Positions 13,501 to 24,480 are shown, counted from the first letter of the stretch. The stretch: DNA of 64,000 nt from Sminthopsis crassicaudata (GCF_048593235.1 NC_133619.1:175474454-175538453), one strand, 5' to 3'. Numbers and translations: made by a program. The notes: generated by a model from the sequence alone, not told the origin.

Positions 13501-15568
13501 ATCTTAAAATGACATCAAGGTTTGTTAAGCTGTCTTTAGTGGCATCTAAATTATTTACATGGGAAGTTTTTGTGGGATGTGTCAGCATAAATACATACAT
13601 ATACCTCAATTCTATATAAAAACATAAGTGAGTTTGTCCATTTATGTAGCATCTACTGTGTTCTAAGCTGTGCTGTACTTTAGGGATATGAATAAAAGAA
13701 TTAAACATTCCATACGCATAGCAAATTTGGGTTCTTATAGGAAGACCACAAATACATGTATAAATACATACAGCATAAATATAAAATAAATAAATACAAA
13801 TATACACAAATAGTTACATACGAAGTAGTTTGGGAGGAAGAGCATAAGCAATCATATCTTTCTACAACTATTTATTACCTTTCATCTTTCAAGGGCTTAC
13901 CCATAACTGCAGATCTTTTCTTGCCTCCTCTGAGTTTCTCTAAGGGGTATGTATGTGTGTGTGTATGTGTGTATATTTACAAATACATGCATTTTTACAT
14001 GCATATATGTATACACACATATACATACAATGAATTTGAATATACAGTTAGACTCTTTCAAACTCCTGGCTTTATAGGGAAATGCTCATCAAAAATAAAT
14101 ATACTAGGTAGAATATCAAAAGATAGTTTCAAATTCTAGCATTGAAAAAGATCCAAGTAACTTAATAAACATGGAAAAGGATAGCATAGAATAGATGGAC
14201 TTAATAAGGATGCTCAATCTAATCCATTTATGAAAATAAGAGGTCATTAGAATTGCCCTAATTTAGCTGATATATTTTCATTTGATCAGAGATACCTAAT
14301 ACTCAGGTTCAAGACTGAGCAAAAACTTGTAAAGTTAGGGATCTTTACTGGTAATACAATATCCCTGTCTAGGTCCTTGGTGAAATAGAAGAGGGGATCA
14401 TAGTTTTAGGCACTCAAGAATAGAAACTTCCTAGGGGCTCTGCTGAGTCATAACACAAACTACTTTTTTCCACCCCTTTTCACAGAAGCTCTTATTTTGT
14501 CTCTTCCCAGCTGTTTCTGCTTCTCAAACTACCTGCTTTTCATTGTTCCTCGGCCTTGGTTGCCTTGATTTCATAAAGGCTAATTTCGAAAACAAAGGTC
14601 TCACTATGTCCTTTTCCTGCTTAAGGTTTTTCATTGCCTCTTGAATAAAATATAAGCTTTTAACCTGGCAAAGCATACAGCAATCTGCCACTCCTCTCTT
14701 TCCCAGTCTTTACAGCCTTATTTTATGTAATTTTTCTTCAGTTAAACCAGGTTACTAACCATTCTTTTGGCAAACACATATGCTCCCTTCTTTTTCTCTG
14801 ACTCTTAGAATCCTTGTCATCCTTTGTAGTTCAGCTCATGTGTCACAATCTCCTGTATGAAAGGAGCCACTCTTCGTAGATCTACCCCCACACTCATGCT
14901 TACATTCTTCCCCTTCTTGGTTTTGGTTTTCCTAGAAGAATTTACATTCCCTGAAGAGAGATTTTTTTTTTCACTTTTGTCTTTCTCTCCCCATTTCCTA
15001 GGTTATGCTTTGCACATATACTAAGTGCTAAATGTCTCTTGAATTGACTTTTGGCTCTGCTTTCTCATCTGTAAAACAATATCTGGAGAGTACCTTTATC
15101 TTGGGATGTACTTTGCAGAACTTAAGTTGTGTAAATGGCATCTATGATATATAATCATTCCTTACTCTTTGCTGAGTAACTTTCCCCTTGCCCTCTAAAT
15201 GGGAAACAAAGTTCAGTCCCAGTTTTTTTCTGGGGGGTATTTTTCTACATTTTGTCTTTTTGTAATCTCATATACTCTCAGAGCTTCAGTTATCATCTCT
15301 AAGTAGAAAAGATTAAGTGAATTGTTCAAAATCACAGAATTAGTTAGTGGCCAAACCCTTCATCACCCCCTTTTCTTTAATTTTTTTTTTGTTGTTGTTG
15401 TTAACAACAGAATACTTCTTCTCCTTGTCACTCCTTCCTTAATGTTAAAAAAAAAAATACAATCCCTATAGCAAATACACAGTCAAGCAAAATTAATTCC
15501 TGAAGCAGCTATAAAGTGTTTTATGTAAAGTGTATGTTAATGGGTGGGTGTGGGATTGTGGGGGTGGA

Positions 15569-15572
<4 letters not shown>

Positions 15573-15624
<52 letters not shown>
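15573..15624 (+). repeat. (TG)~26 microsatellite
   Basis: Uninterrupted TG array. Confidence 0.95.
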
Positions 15625-15626
<2 letters not shown>

Positions 15627-15639
15627 ACAACCTTTCTGT

Positions 15640-16060
15640 GAGGAGATGGGTTGCTTATTTCATTAGGAGTCATGGAACATGGTCAAAGTTCTTAAACCTT
15701 TTAAAGTTGTTTGTTTACAATGTTATTGTTATATTATTACATAATTTTCCTGGTTCTACTCACAATTTTATTGTTATATTATTACATAATTTTCCTGGTT
15801 CTACTCACAATTGTATTGTTATATTATTACATAATTTTTCTGATTCTATTCACAATTTTATTGTTATATTATTACATAATTTTCCTGGTTCTACACACAG
15901 CCTCATTGCATTAGTTCAATAAGTCTTCCCAGTTTTCTCTGATTGGATCTCTTTCATAATATCTTATAGAACAACAGCATTCTCTTATATCAATATAGCA
16001 TAACTTGTTCAGGTATTCTCCAGTTGAAAGGCACATTCTTAATTTTTTTTAATTGATAAA
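15640..16060 (-). mobile_element. Old L1 3'-end fragment carrying an internal 45-bp tandem repeat
   Basis: tcaaagttcttaa…tttacaatgttattgtt…ttcctggttctac…cattgcattagttcaataagtcttccc…gcataacttgttcagg; reverse-homologous to 17720-18050. Confidence 0.65.
15717..15896 (+). repeat. Minisatellite, 4 x 45 bp
   Basis: Unit acaattttattgttatattattacataattttcctggttctactc begins at 15717, 15762, 15807 and 15852. It shows as the repeated HNFIVILLHNFPGST in the ORF track. Confidence 0.95.
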
Positions 16061-17719
16061 GATGCTCTGATACTTAACAAATAAATAACCCTCTACCTCA
16101 TCAAACATTTAATTAGTTGAAAATTATATCTGTGGGGATGGGGTTAGATGACGACAGGGAAACATGATCACTTTCAGCCACCATTTCCATAGCTTGAATA
16201 GCTTCCATAGTTTGAATAGTTCACCTTCTCTAATTTGCCAAAACAAATTTCTCTAAGCTCTTGATACCCATAAACTTTACTGTCATTAAACATCTTTGTA
16301 GCTATCATTTAATACTTATTGGGTAACCACAATACAACAGGGATCATGTTGGTAAAACACATAGTTCCAAGACTTTGCCTTCCAGGGACTTAAAAGTTAA
16401 GTGACCTAGGACCTTGGCTGCACTTTAGCTGAACACTTTTCCCCATCCCCAGCTCTCACAAGGCTGTGTTCTTATATTATTAATAAAAATAGATTTATTA
16501 CACAATCATTTATTGAGTAAAATGCATTAAGAGGGTTGTGACTTTCCTGAATTTGAGATGATTTTCTGGAGAATGAAAGATTTCAGGCAGGTATCTGTTT
16601 GACAAAAAATAGTACCCTTGAGAGTACTCTCAAGGCAACCCCAAAGACAAAGTTCTGCTAGTGTTTTTTTTTTCTGTTGCTTAGGTAACTTTCAGCTACA
16701 ACTACCCAAGGGATAAGAGGAATTTCTCTCCAAAGACTGTACTTCTGGAATTCCCATCCTTTCCTTTTTCTCAAGTTACACCTTCAACAGAGGAATTTGT
16801 CTTGGACACTAATTCAACAAATATTTATTGAGTGCGTAGTACGTGCAAAATCCTCTTTTAGGCTTAAGGAGGATATATAATAACTGTAAGAAACAGTGTT
16901 TACCCTCAGAATATGCATACCTGATCAGCTGCTACAAGTACAGGCAAATTTTATGGCAGGACAAGGGAATCTTGGAGGTCCAAACTATATACAAATTAGG
17001 TAAGTTACCGGCACTCAGTCTCATGTTACTCAATACAGTTTGGCACAAGCTTAAAGCACAACTTAAATCTCTCTCCCAGACACTCCATTCCATCCTGCAC
17101 ATTGGTTCATTCATTTGATGATCTGTTTCCTGTAGGTTCACCCTTATTTCCACCCCTAGTCCAAGACTGCAGTTATTTTTCTCAGCTCCATGGAACAACA
17201 GAATCTCAAGAAAAGTTTCTTTTCTGTCTGGACCCCAGGAACACACTTCATTTTAAATCACAACTAATTGAATAACTACAAGTCCTGACCTGACAATATC
17301 CCTAAACTCTATATATGTAATTACTTTGAACTATTTTTTTCTTTTCTTTGGAATCAAGATCTCCTTTCTGTTTTTCTGCTTTTGACCTTACCCTCCCTCA
17401 ACTCTTCATTATTCTTCATAGCTCCACTATGCATCAGTTTTCTGAGGACCTTAATTAGTACTATTCCTTTTCCCTCCTTTCCTGGACAACTCTTTGGCTC
17501 ACCAAAAAGTTACCAATCCATTTAATTCTATTATCAAATTTGTCCACATTTCTCTATTTCACCCCAAAGGAGAGTACACAAGACTTTAAAGCTCTGCAAA
17601 ATTCCTCTCCTCCTCATTATTTTTCTTTCCATATTTTGGAGAATTGTGATTACAAAATCTCAGAGTTGGAAGTTAGAGAGTATTGAATCCAACCTTTACA
17701 TGAACAATAATCTCCTCCC

Positions 17720-18700
17720 CACCAGGAACATGGTCATCAACTGGGAAATTGGTAAACAAGTTGTGGTATATGCTTGTGATGAGATACTTTTGTATTATGA
17801 TGAGCAGGATGGTTTCAGAAAAACCTGGAAAGACATACAGGAACTAATTCAAAATGAGAAGAACTAGGAGAAACATTGTACACAGTATTAGCAATATTGT
17901 CCATGATCAACCATGAATGACTTAGTTATTTTCAGTGATACAATTACTCAAGACAATTCCAAAGGACTCAAGACAATTCCAAAGGACTTAGAATGAAAAA
18001 TGTTATCCACTTCCACAGAAAAAGCTGATGGAGTCTGAATGCACATTGAAGTGTTATGGGCCAGAACTCCGAACATGAAACAAGGAGCTAAGTCACTAGG
18101 AGACAATGTAACTATCTAGTTTAGCATGGTTCAGTACGATAGATTTAATCTTACAACAAATAATGGTTTCCTAGTGATATAATGATTGGCTTATATTCAG
18201 TGTAGAGCATATAAACTAGGAGCTTCAACTAGGTTGATTCAGAAATTCAGAGAGATTCAGAGGGCAGAGAAAAGAGGCGAATGCTCAAGCTCTTGGAACC
18301 AAGGAGAAAGATAGGCCTTTAAGAAAGCTAACCGGGACCCAGGAAAGGAGACAGGACTTTGAAAGAGATAATAAAGGATCTGGACTTTAACTCTTGGCTA
18401 CTTGTGTGGTGATTACTGAATTGAAACTAAGACTGCCCCAGAGACCCCAAGAAAACCGAACCTAAAAGAACATTACATTGAAGCATACTATATTTTAATT
18501 TTTTTTCTAATTTTCTTGGTTTTTTAAATGATCTGAATTTTCTTTCACACCGTGACTAATATGGAAATGTGTTTTACATGACTGCACATATATAACCTAT
18601 ATCAAGTTCTTATCTTCCAAGAAGGGAGTAGAGGAGGGTGAGAAAGTATTTGAACCTCAGAATTTTACAAAACAAATGTGAAAAAAGTTGTTTTTACATA
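17720..18700 (+). mobile_element. Old L1 3'-end fragment interrupted by a solo LTR
   Basis: aaacaagttgtggtatatg…ggatggtttcagaaaaacctggaaagac…gagtctgaatgcacattgaag[LTR]catactat…gactgcacatatataacctatatcaag. Confidence 0.75.
18052..18477 (+). mobile_element. Solo LTR (426 bp) of an endogenous retrovirus with 6-bp TSD
   Basis: Begins TGTTATGGG and ends CATTACA (TG…CA). Flanked by TTGAAG at 18046-18051 and 18478-18483. TATAAA at 18210-18215 and AATAAA at 18370-18375. The host repeat is contiguous when the LTR is removed. Confidence 0.9.
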
Positions 18701-18799
18701 TGATATATATGAACATATACATATATATGTATACACACAAATATTTTAAAGAATTTTCTCTAGAATACACCTACCAAGTGATTAATTATCCATCTTTTG

Positions 18800-19290
18800 T
18801 TTAAAGTCCTTCAATGGAATGGAAAACGTTATTCCCTAAATCTGAAAAGATGTACCTGAACTGATGCTGAGTGAAGTGAGCAGAGAACATTGTGCACAGT
18901 AATAGCAACATTGTATGATGACCAGTTACAACAGAGTTAGCTCTTCTTAGCAATACAGTGATCCAAGACAAATTTAATAGACTTGTGATAGAAAATGTCA
19001 TCACATCCAGAGAAAGAAATATGAAGACTGAATGCAGATAAAATCATAGTATTTTCACTTTTTAATTTTTTCTTTCTTGAGTTTTTTCCTTTTTTTTTCT
19101 TATTATTCTTTCACAACATAAGTTTAGAATGACTGCACATGTATAACCTATATCAGATTTCTTGCTATCTTGAGAAGGGGAGAGTGAAGAGAAGGAGGGA
19201 GAAAAATTTGAAACCCAAAATCTTATTAAAACAAATTTTGAAAATTATCTCTACATATAATTGGAAAAAATAAAATACTATTAAGTGGAA
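18800..19290 (+). mobile_element. L1 3'-end fragment
   Basis: tgaactgatgctgagtgaagtgagcagag…gactgaatgcagat…gactgcacatgtataacctatatcagatt…A-rich tail. Confidence 0.8.
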
Positions 19291-19395
19291 GAAAGAAAAA
19301 AAAAACAATAAATTAAAATAATGGGGGGAAAATGCTGTTTTCCAAGGCTGCCCATTATCATTTCAGAAAGCCATGGCATCTTTTAAAATCTTTTA

Positions 19396-19863
19396 AGTCA
19401 TTTTGTATGTTTCTCTAAGACATGGCTAATAGACATTTTGTGATAAGTCACAAAGACATGCAGGGAAGATTAGTATGAAATGGAACCAAAAAGATATTAG
19501 CTCAAACTTGTTTGTTTGAACCAGATTTGGTTCACTGGTATAAGTAACTTTTGGTGAGGAAATCCTCTATCAAAGCAGATTAATACCTTCTCTGTCAATT
19601 ATACTCATAACTAGAGTTCTTAATATGGGATCCGTAGGTATGTGGATATAGATTTTAGGAGAGTAAGTGAATGGTTTTTTTAATTATTATTATAGCTTTT
19701 TATTTACAAGATATATGCATGGGTAATTTTTCAGCATTGACAATTGCAAAACCTTTTGTTCCAATTTTTCCCCTCCTTCCTCCCACCCCTTCCCCCAGAT
19801 GGCAGGAAGACCATGTTAAATATATTAAAGTATATGTTAAATACAATATATACATATATATAT

Positions 19864-19910
<47 letters not shown>

Positions 19911-20416
19911 GTCCATACAATTTTTTTGCTGCACAAGAAGAATCAGACTTTGAAATAGTGTACAATTAACCTGTGAAGGAAATAAAAAATGGAGGTGGAC
20001 AAAAATAGAGGGATTGGGAATTCTATGTAGTGGTTCACACTCATTTCCCAGAGTTCTTTAGCTGGTGTAGCTGGTTCTATTCATTACTGCTCTATTGGAA
20101 CTGATTTGGTTCATCTCATTGTTGAAGAGAGTCACGCCCATCAGAATTGATCCTCATATGGCACTGTTGTTGAAGTATCTATCCCATATGAAGAACGCTA
20201 GTTATGAGTATAATTGACAGAGAAGGTATTAATCTGCTTTGATAGAAGATTTCCTCACCAAAAGTTACTTACACCAGTGAACCAAATCTGGTTCAAACAA
20301 ACAAGTTTGAGCTAATATCTTTTTGGTTCCGTTTCATACTAATCTTCCCTGTGTGTCTTTGTGACTTATCATAAAATGTCTACGAGCCATGTCTTAGAGA
20401 AACATACAAGATGACT
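19396..20416. repeat. Inverted duplication: 19396-19631 is the reverse complement of 20181-20416 (236 bp each)
   Basis: Manual alignment is ungapped with about 11 mismatches (~95% identity); spacer about 550 bp. Confidence 0.95.
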
Positions 20417-20906
20417 GCTGAAGTATATCTCCTGATCCTGCTCATTTCACTCAGCATCAGTTCATGTAAGTCTCTCCAGGCCTTTCTGAAATCATCCTGC
20501 TGGTCATTTCTTACAGAACAATAATATTCCATCAACATTCACGTACTGCAATTTATTCAAGTCATTCTCCAATTGATGGGCATCCACTCAGTTTCCAGTT
20601 TCTGGCCACTACAAAAAGGGCTACCACAAACATTCTTGCACATACAGATCCCTTTCCCTTCTTTAAGCTCTCTTTGGGATATAAGCCCAGTGGAAACACT
20701 TCTGGATCAAAGGGTATGCACAGTTTGATAACTTTCTGAGCATAGTTCCAAATCGCTCTACAGAATGGCTGGATGTATTCACAATTCCACCAACAATGTA
20801 TCAGTGTCCCTGTTTTCTCACATCCTCCCCAACATTGCACATTATCTTTCCCTGTCATTCTAGCCAATCTGACAGATGTGTAGTGGTATCTCAGAGTTGT
20901 CTTAAT
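19681..20906 (-). mobile_element. Relatively young 5'-truncated L1 (ORF2 C-terminus and 3'UTR) containing a 236-bp foreign insert
   Basis: ORF 20562-20867 (…CWGGCEKTGTLIHCWWNC…AIWNYAQKVIKLCIPFDP…LGLYPKE…MFVVALFVVARNWK) is the L1 ORF2p C-terminal region. Probable TSD tggtttttt at 19672-19680 and 20907-20915. Confidence 0.92.
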
Positions 20907-21032
20907 TGGTTTTTTAAAAGTATTTTGATATTGTTATTTCAATGCAATTGGATTCCTTCATAATATATTTAGGTGCTTACAAATGTTATTCTGAAAAAGG
21001 GTTTATAGGTTCATAGATTGCTTCTAGGATCC

Positions 21033-21034
<2 letters not shown>

Positions 21035-21081
<47 letters not shown>

Positions 21082-21096
21082 ACACACACACACACA
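21035..21096 (+). repeat. (CA)n microsatellite with one CT interruption
   Basis: Direct reading. Confidence 0.95.
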
Positions 21097-21218
21097 AGTT
21101 AAGAAACTGTTTTAGAGTTTCCTAGGATTAAGTTTTTGGCCAGAGTTACAAAGTACATGTTGGTAAGAAGCACTTGAATCCAAGGCTTCTTGACTGTAGC
21201 CAGCTCTGTATACTATAC

Positions 21219-21408
21219 TAAAGTTTCTTAAACTTTTTCTACTTGGAACTCCCTTTCATTCAAGAATTATTTTTGTGATCCTGGGCACATAGATATGTGA
21301 AATAAATGTACAAATCAAGTTTAGTGATAACAAATCATAATTTCATGACCTTCACATTCAGTTACAGGACCCTATATGAGGTTGTGACCCACAGTTTAAG
21401 AAACTTTG
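21219..21408. mobile_element. hAT-superfamily MITE (190 bp) with perfect 8-bp TSD
   Basis: TIRs taaagtttcttaaact / agtttaagaaactttg. TSD TACTATAC at 21211-21218 and 21409-21416; 8-bp TSDs are characteristic of hAT. Confidence 0.88.
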
Positions 21409-22369
21409 TACTATACCATATGTCTCAACTAGATTATGTTTCCTTTAGATGTATATAGCTCTACAGATACACTATATCTCAACTCTCATAGAGGATTTTG
21501 GATACCATTCAGAAACGAAGGACAACTAACCAAAATCATATAGTTTCACAGGTTTATGAAGTATTTTCCTCACAACTTGAGAAAGGGGATAGTATAAGTA
21601 CTTTCCCTATTTAAAAATAAGAAAACAAAGAAAAAGTTACTCACTTAAAACTCCCTTATTATTAATATCTATAATTAGAATTTGAATCCAAGTTTCCTAA
21701 CAAGATCTAGCACTTTTTTCTTTCCAAATTGAAACAGGCCAAACTGACCTGACCACTGACCACTAACCACTATAGAACAGGGAATTCTGTCTTAGGAGTA
21801 CAATAATTAAGCTAGCTTTCCTGATTTAATTTTACTTTACTTCAAGAAAATGGAAACAATAAGAGGATGAGCCCCTATTACTTGCTTTTCAAATCTGAGC
21901 ATATTCCAACATGCTGATTCACAAATTGGGAAGTAGCAGATATTCAACCAGCTCTAATCACATGTCAAGACCAAGGCACCCTGGAATAGCTGAAGCATGA
22001 GACTTGAACAAACTGTTATTCTCTTACTAAAGCTCTAAGTGACTGGACCTAAGGTGATAACCCTGGGGAATGTTGGTCCAGGTGAGGAATAGCATCTGGG
22101 CACAGACCCAGCAGCTGCTTAAATAGTTCTGTTGTTTCACCACATGACATAAGCTGCAGGGAAATGTGGTATACCATTTGTCATCCTTTAAAGTCTCATG
22201 TGAAAGCAACTATGTGATTAGTCATAATGGTTAGGGAATTCCAATGGCCCCTGAAGAATGCCAGGATGTTAGAGCTCAAGCAAGCTTGGTGCATCTTATA
22301 TGTTTATTCAAATTCTTTGAAACTAGTAATCCCTATAGGGCATAGAAGATAACTTCCAATTAACCCATG

Positions 22370-22800
22370 TTCTGCCCTGCTCAGACAACATCTGGAGTAG
22401 TATCATATTCAGCTCAGGGTAACACATTTTAGAAAGGATGTTAACAAGCTGGAGTGTGGCCACATTAGGGAGGGCAGTGTAGACTATGCCGTATGAAGAT
22501 CAAATGAAGAAACCTAGGATGTGCATACTTAGTGAAAACCTGATAGCTATTTCTAAGAATTTGAAAGGCTGCCATGTAGAAGATGGATTAGACCTGTTGT
22601 ACCTGGTCTTAGATGAAAGAACAAAGAGTCACTTGTGAAAGTTTCAGTTTTTAATTATACTATGTTATGAAAATATTTTATTTGCTTTATTCCATAAATA
22701 AAAATTAAATTAAAAAAATTTTAAAAAAAGTTTCAGAAATACAGATTTATGTTAGATGTTAAAAAAGCATTTCTGATAATCAGACTTGCCCAAAGGAGAA
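22370..22800 (+). mobile_element. CR1/L3 LINE 3' fragment
   Basis: cacattttagaaaggatgttaacaagctggagtgtg…ttgaaaggctgccatgtagaagatggattagacctgtt…cagatttatgttagatgttaaaaaagcatttctgataatcaga. Confidence 0.75.
22648..22726 (+). mobile_element. Very short 5'-truncated retroposed 3' end (~80 bp) inserted in CR1, with 10-bp TSD
   Basis: TSD aaagtttcag at 22638-22647 and 22727-22736. The insert matches the 3' end of the element at 23430-23700 (ttattatactat…ttat…cataaataaaaa). Confidence 0.8.
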
Positions 22801-22929
22801 ATTCTAAGACAGACCTTGACATACTGAAAACTAGAAAGAAGTCAATCATGATAGTGAAGAAGATTGCTATCAATCCATAGGAATATGAGGTGAAGGCATA
22901 ATGGATAATTTTTGTTGGTAAATTACTGG

Positions 22930-23140
22930 GAAAAAATCATGTTTGACTCTTTTCATGGCAAAGATACTGGAGTGACTTAGCATTTATTTCTTCAGTTTAC
23001 AATTGAGGAAACTCAACTTGAGGCAAACAAGATTAAGTGACTTGCCCAGGGTTATATAGTAAGTATCTGAGGCCATAAATGAATTCAGGGAGATGAGTCT
23101 TCCTAATTCTAAGCTCAATACTTTATCCATTTTGCCACCT
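22930..23140 (-). mobile_element. Mar1 SINE
   Basis: ggcaaaagatactggagtgac…tgaggcaaacaagattaagtgacttgcccagggtt. Confidence 0.8.
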
Positions 23141-23429
23141 TAGGAGATGATCCTGGAGAAGAGAGGAATGATGACTTTGAACAGCTCTGTCTCACTTAAA
23201 TCCAGTTCAAATGAAAATCAAGATATTGCCCTTGGGATGTCATGGTCCTCTTTGAGAATGAAAGACCATATCAACAAATATGAGAACCTTATTTTAATGA
23301 AAAGACATGTGGCAGTGAGAGGATATATAGAAATGTTATGCTTTCTATGATAATTTAAAGAATTATGAAAATGATATCAGACTTTATTTGCCTGACCCCA
23401 GAAGGCAATCTCTGGACCTTCCAAAAAGG

Positions 23430-23467
23430 ATATCCAAAAAGGATAAACAGAAGTATGTATAGAATAT

Positions 23468-23521
<54 letters not shown>

Positions 23522-23700
23522 CTAATGATAGCCATCTTTAGGGTGGGAGGAGGGAAAAAATAAATTTACATGATAACTTTATTTTATTAAAAAAAGAATA
23601 AATTTTATATAATAGATTTGTAGTTTCATGTGCAATCATCTTTTTATTATACTATATTATAGAAATGGTTATTTTATTACATAAATAAAAAATAATCTCA
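23430..23700 (+). mobile_element. L1-type 3' end with internal (TG)n microsatellite (23470-23519)
   Basis: ctaatgatagccatctttagggtgggaggaggg…aatagatttgtagtttcatgtgcaatcatc…ttattatactat…ataaataaaaaat. Confidence 0.65.
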
Positions 23701-24059
23701 ATGTTTTAGTGGACTGCAAGGTCAATACAACAACAAAAATTCTGTGCCTTAATTTCTATGACTGGGAATAATTCTAGTTGTAAAATCGACATCATGGGAC
23801 TGTTATGAGATCAAATCAAATAATACATGGCATAGGTTTTGCGAACGTAAAGTGCTAAATATAAATGTCAGTTGTTATTACTACTATCATTTTGCTAGTA
23901 GTCAGGTCAATTTCTACTTAATTCAAGCTACTAGGGAAAACATCACCTCTGGACAAATAGAAAAAAAATTGGAGGGGAGAAAAAAGATGAAAATTATTAG
24001 AAATGAAGAGTACATAATAGGCAACTAATCTATGTGGTGATTATTAAGGTGACTAGATG

Positions 24060-24480
24060 AAACAGCAGTGTATACTAGTGTATACTAGACTTGCAATCAG
24101 GAAGACCTGAGTTTAATTTCTGCCTCTAATACTTCCTTAATTATGTGACACTTAATTTCAAGTTACTTGGTCTAGCTAGTGTACAGCTCTGCACACACTA
24201 TGCTTAATACAAGTTTGGAGAGAACTAGGTGGTAGAGAGAAGATTAGGAATGTAGTCTAGGAAGCCTGCATTCAAATCCAGAATCAAACATTTATTAGCT
24301 GTGTGATCCTTAATGAGTCATTTACTTTCTGAGATGCCTCACTCATCCACAAAATGGAGATAATAACAGCATCTACCTCTTAGGGTTGTGGGGAGGATCA
24401 CAAGTTTATAACTATAAAGTGCTTAAGACAGTGTATGGCATGTAACAAGTGCCACCTAAATGTTAGCTATTATTATGATG
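24060..24480 (+). mobile_element. Two tandem MIR-family SINE fragments
   Basis: caatcaggaagacctgagttt…; attcaaatccag…tttattagctgtgtgatcct…aaaatggagataataacagcatctacctc…aaatgttagctattatt. Confidence 0.7.

Larger units (their letters stand above)
19612..21109. mobile_element. hAT-type MITE split by an L1 insertion (MITE parts ~19612-19680 and ~20907-21109)
   Basis: Starts agagttcttaatatgggatcc, resumes tttaaaagtattttgatattgttatttcaatgcaattggattcc…ttattctgaaaaaggg, and ends gttaagaaactg (degenerate TIRs gttcttaa/ttaagaaac). No TSD found. Confidence 0.55.

Noticed and set aside
15530-15922. 130-aa ORF with repeated HNFIVILLHNFPGST as a repeat protein, or the 45-bp array as CRISPR-like
   Set aside because: It is a head-to-tail minisatellite with no unique spacers in a marsupial intron. 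The ORF is a by-product of the 45-bp period and the TG tract.
17946-17988. 20-bp tandem duplication, and other small direct duplications at ~6727, ~24068, ~42200, ~49452 and ~50694
   Set aside because: Ordinary replication-slippage duplications, common in mammalian introns.
20562-20867. 101-aa ORF as an independent gene (also 38264-39073)
   Set aside because: These are L1 ORF2p C-terminal remnants in truncated, frameshifted elements.
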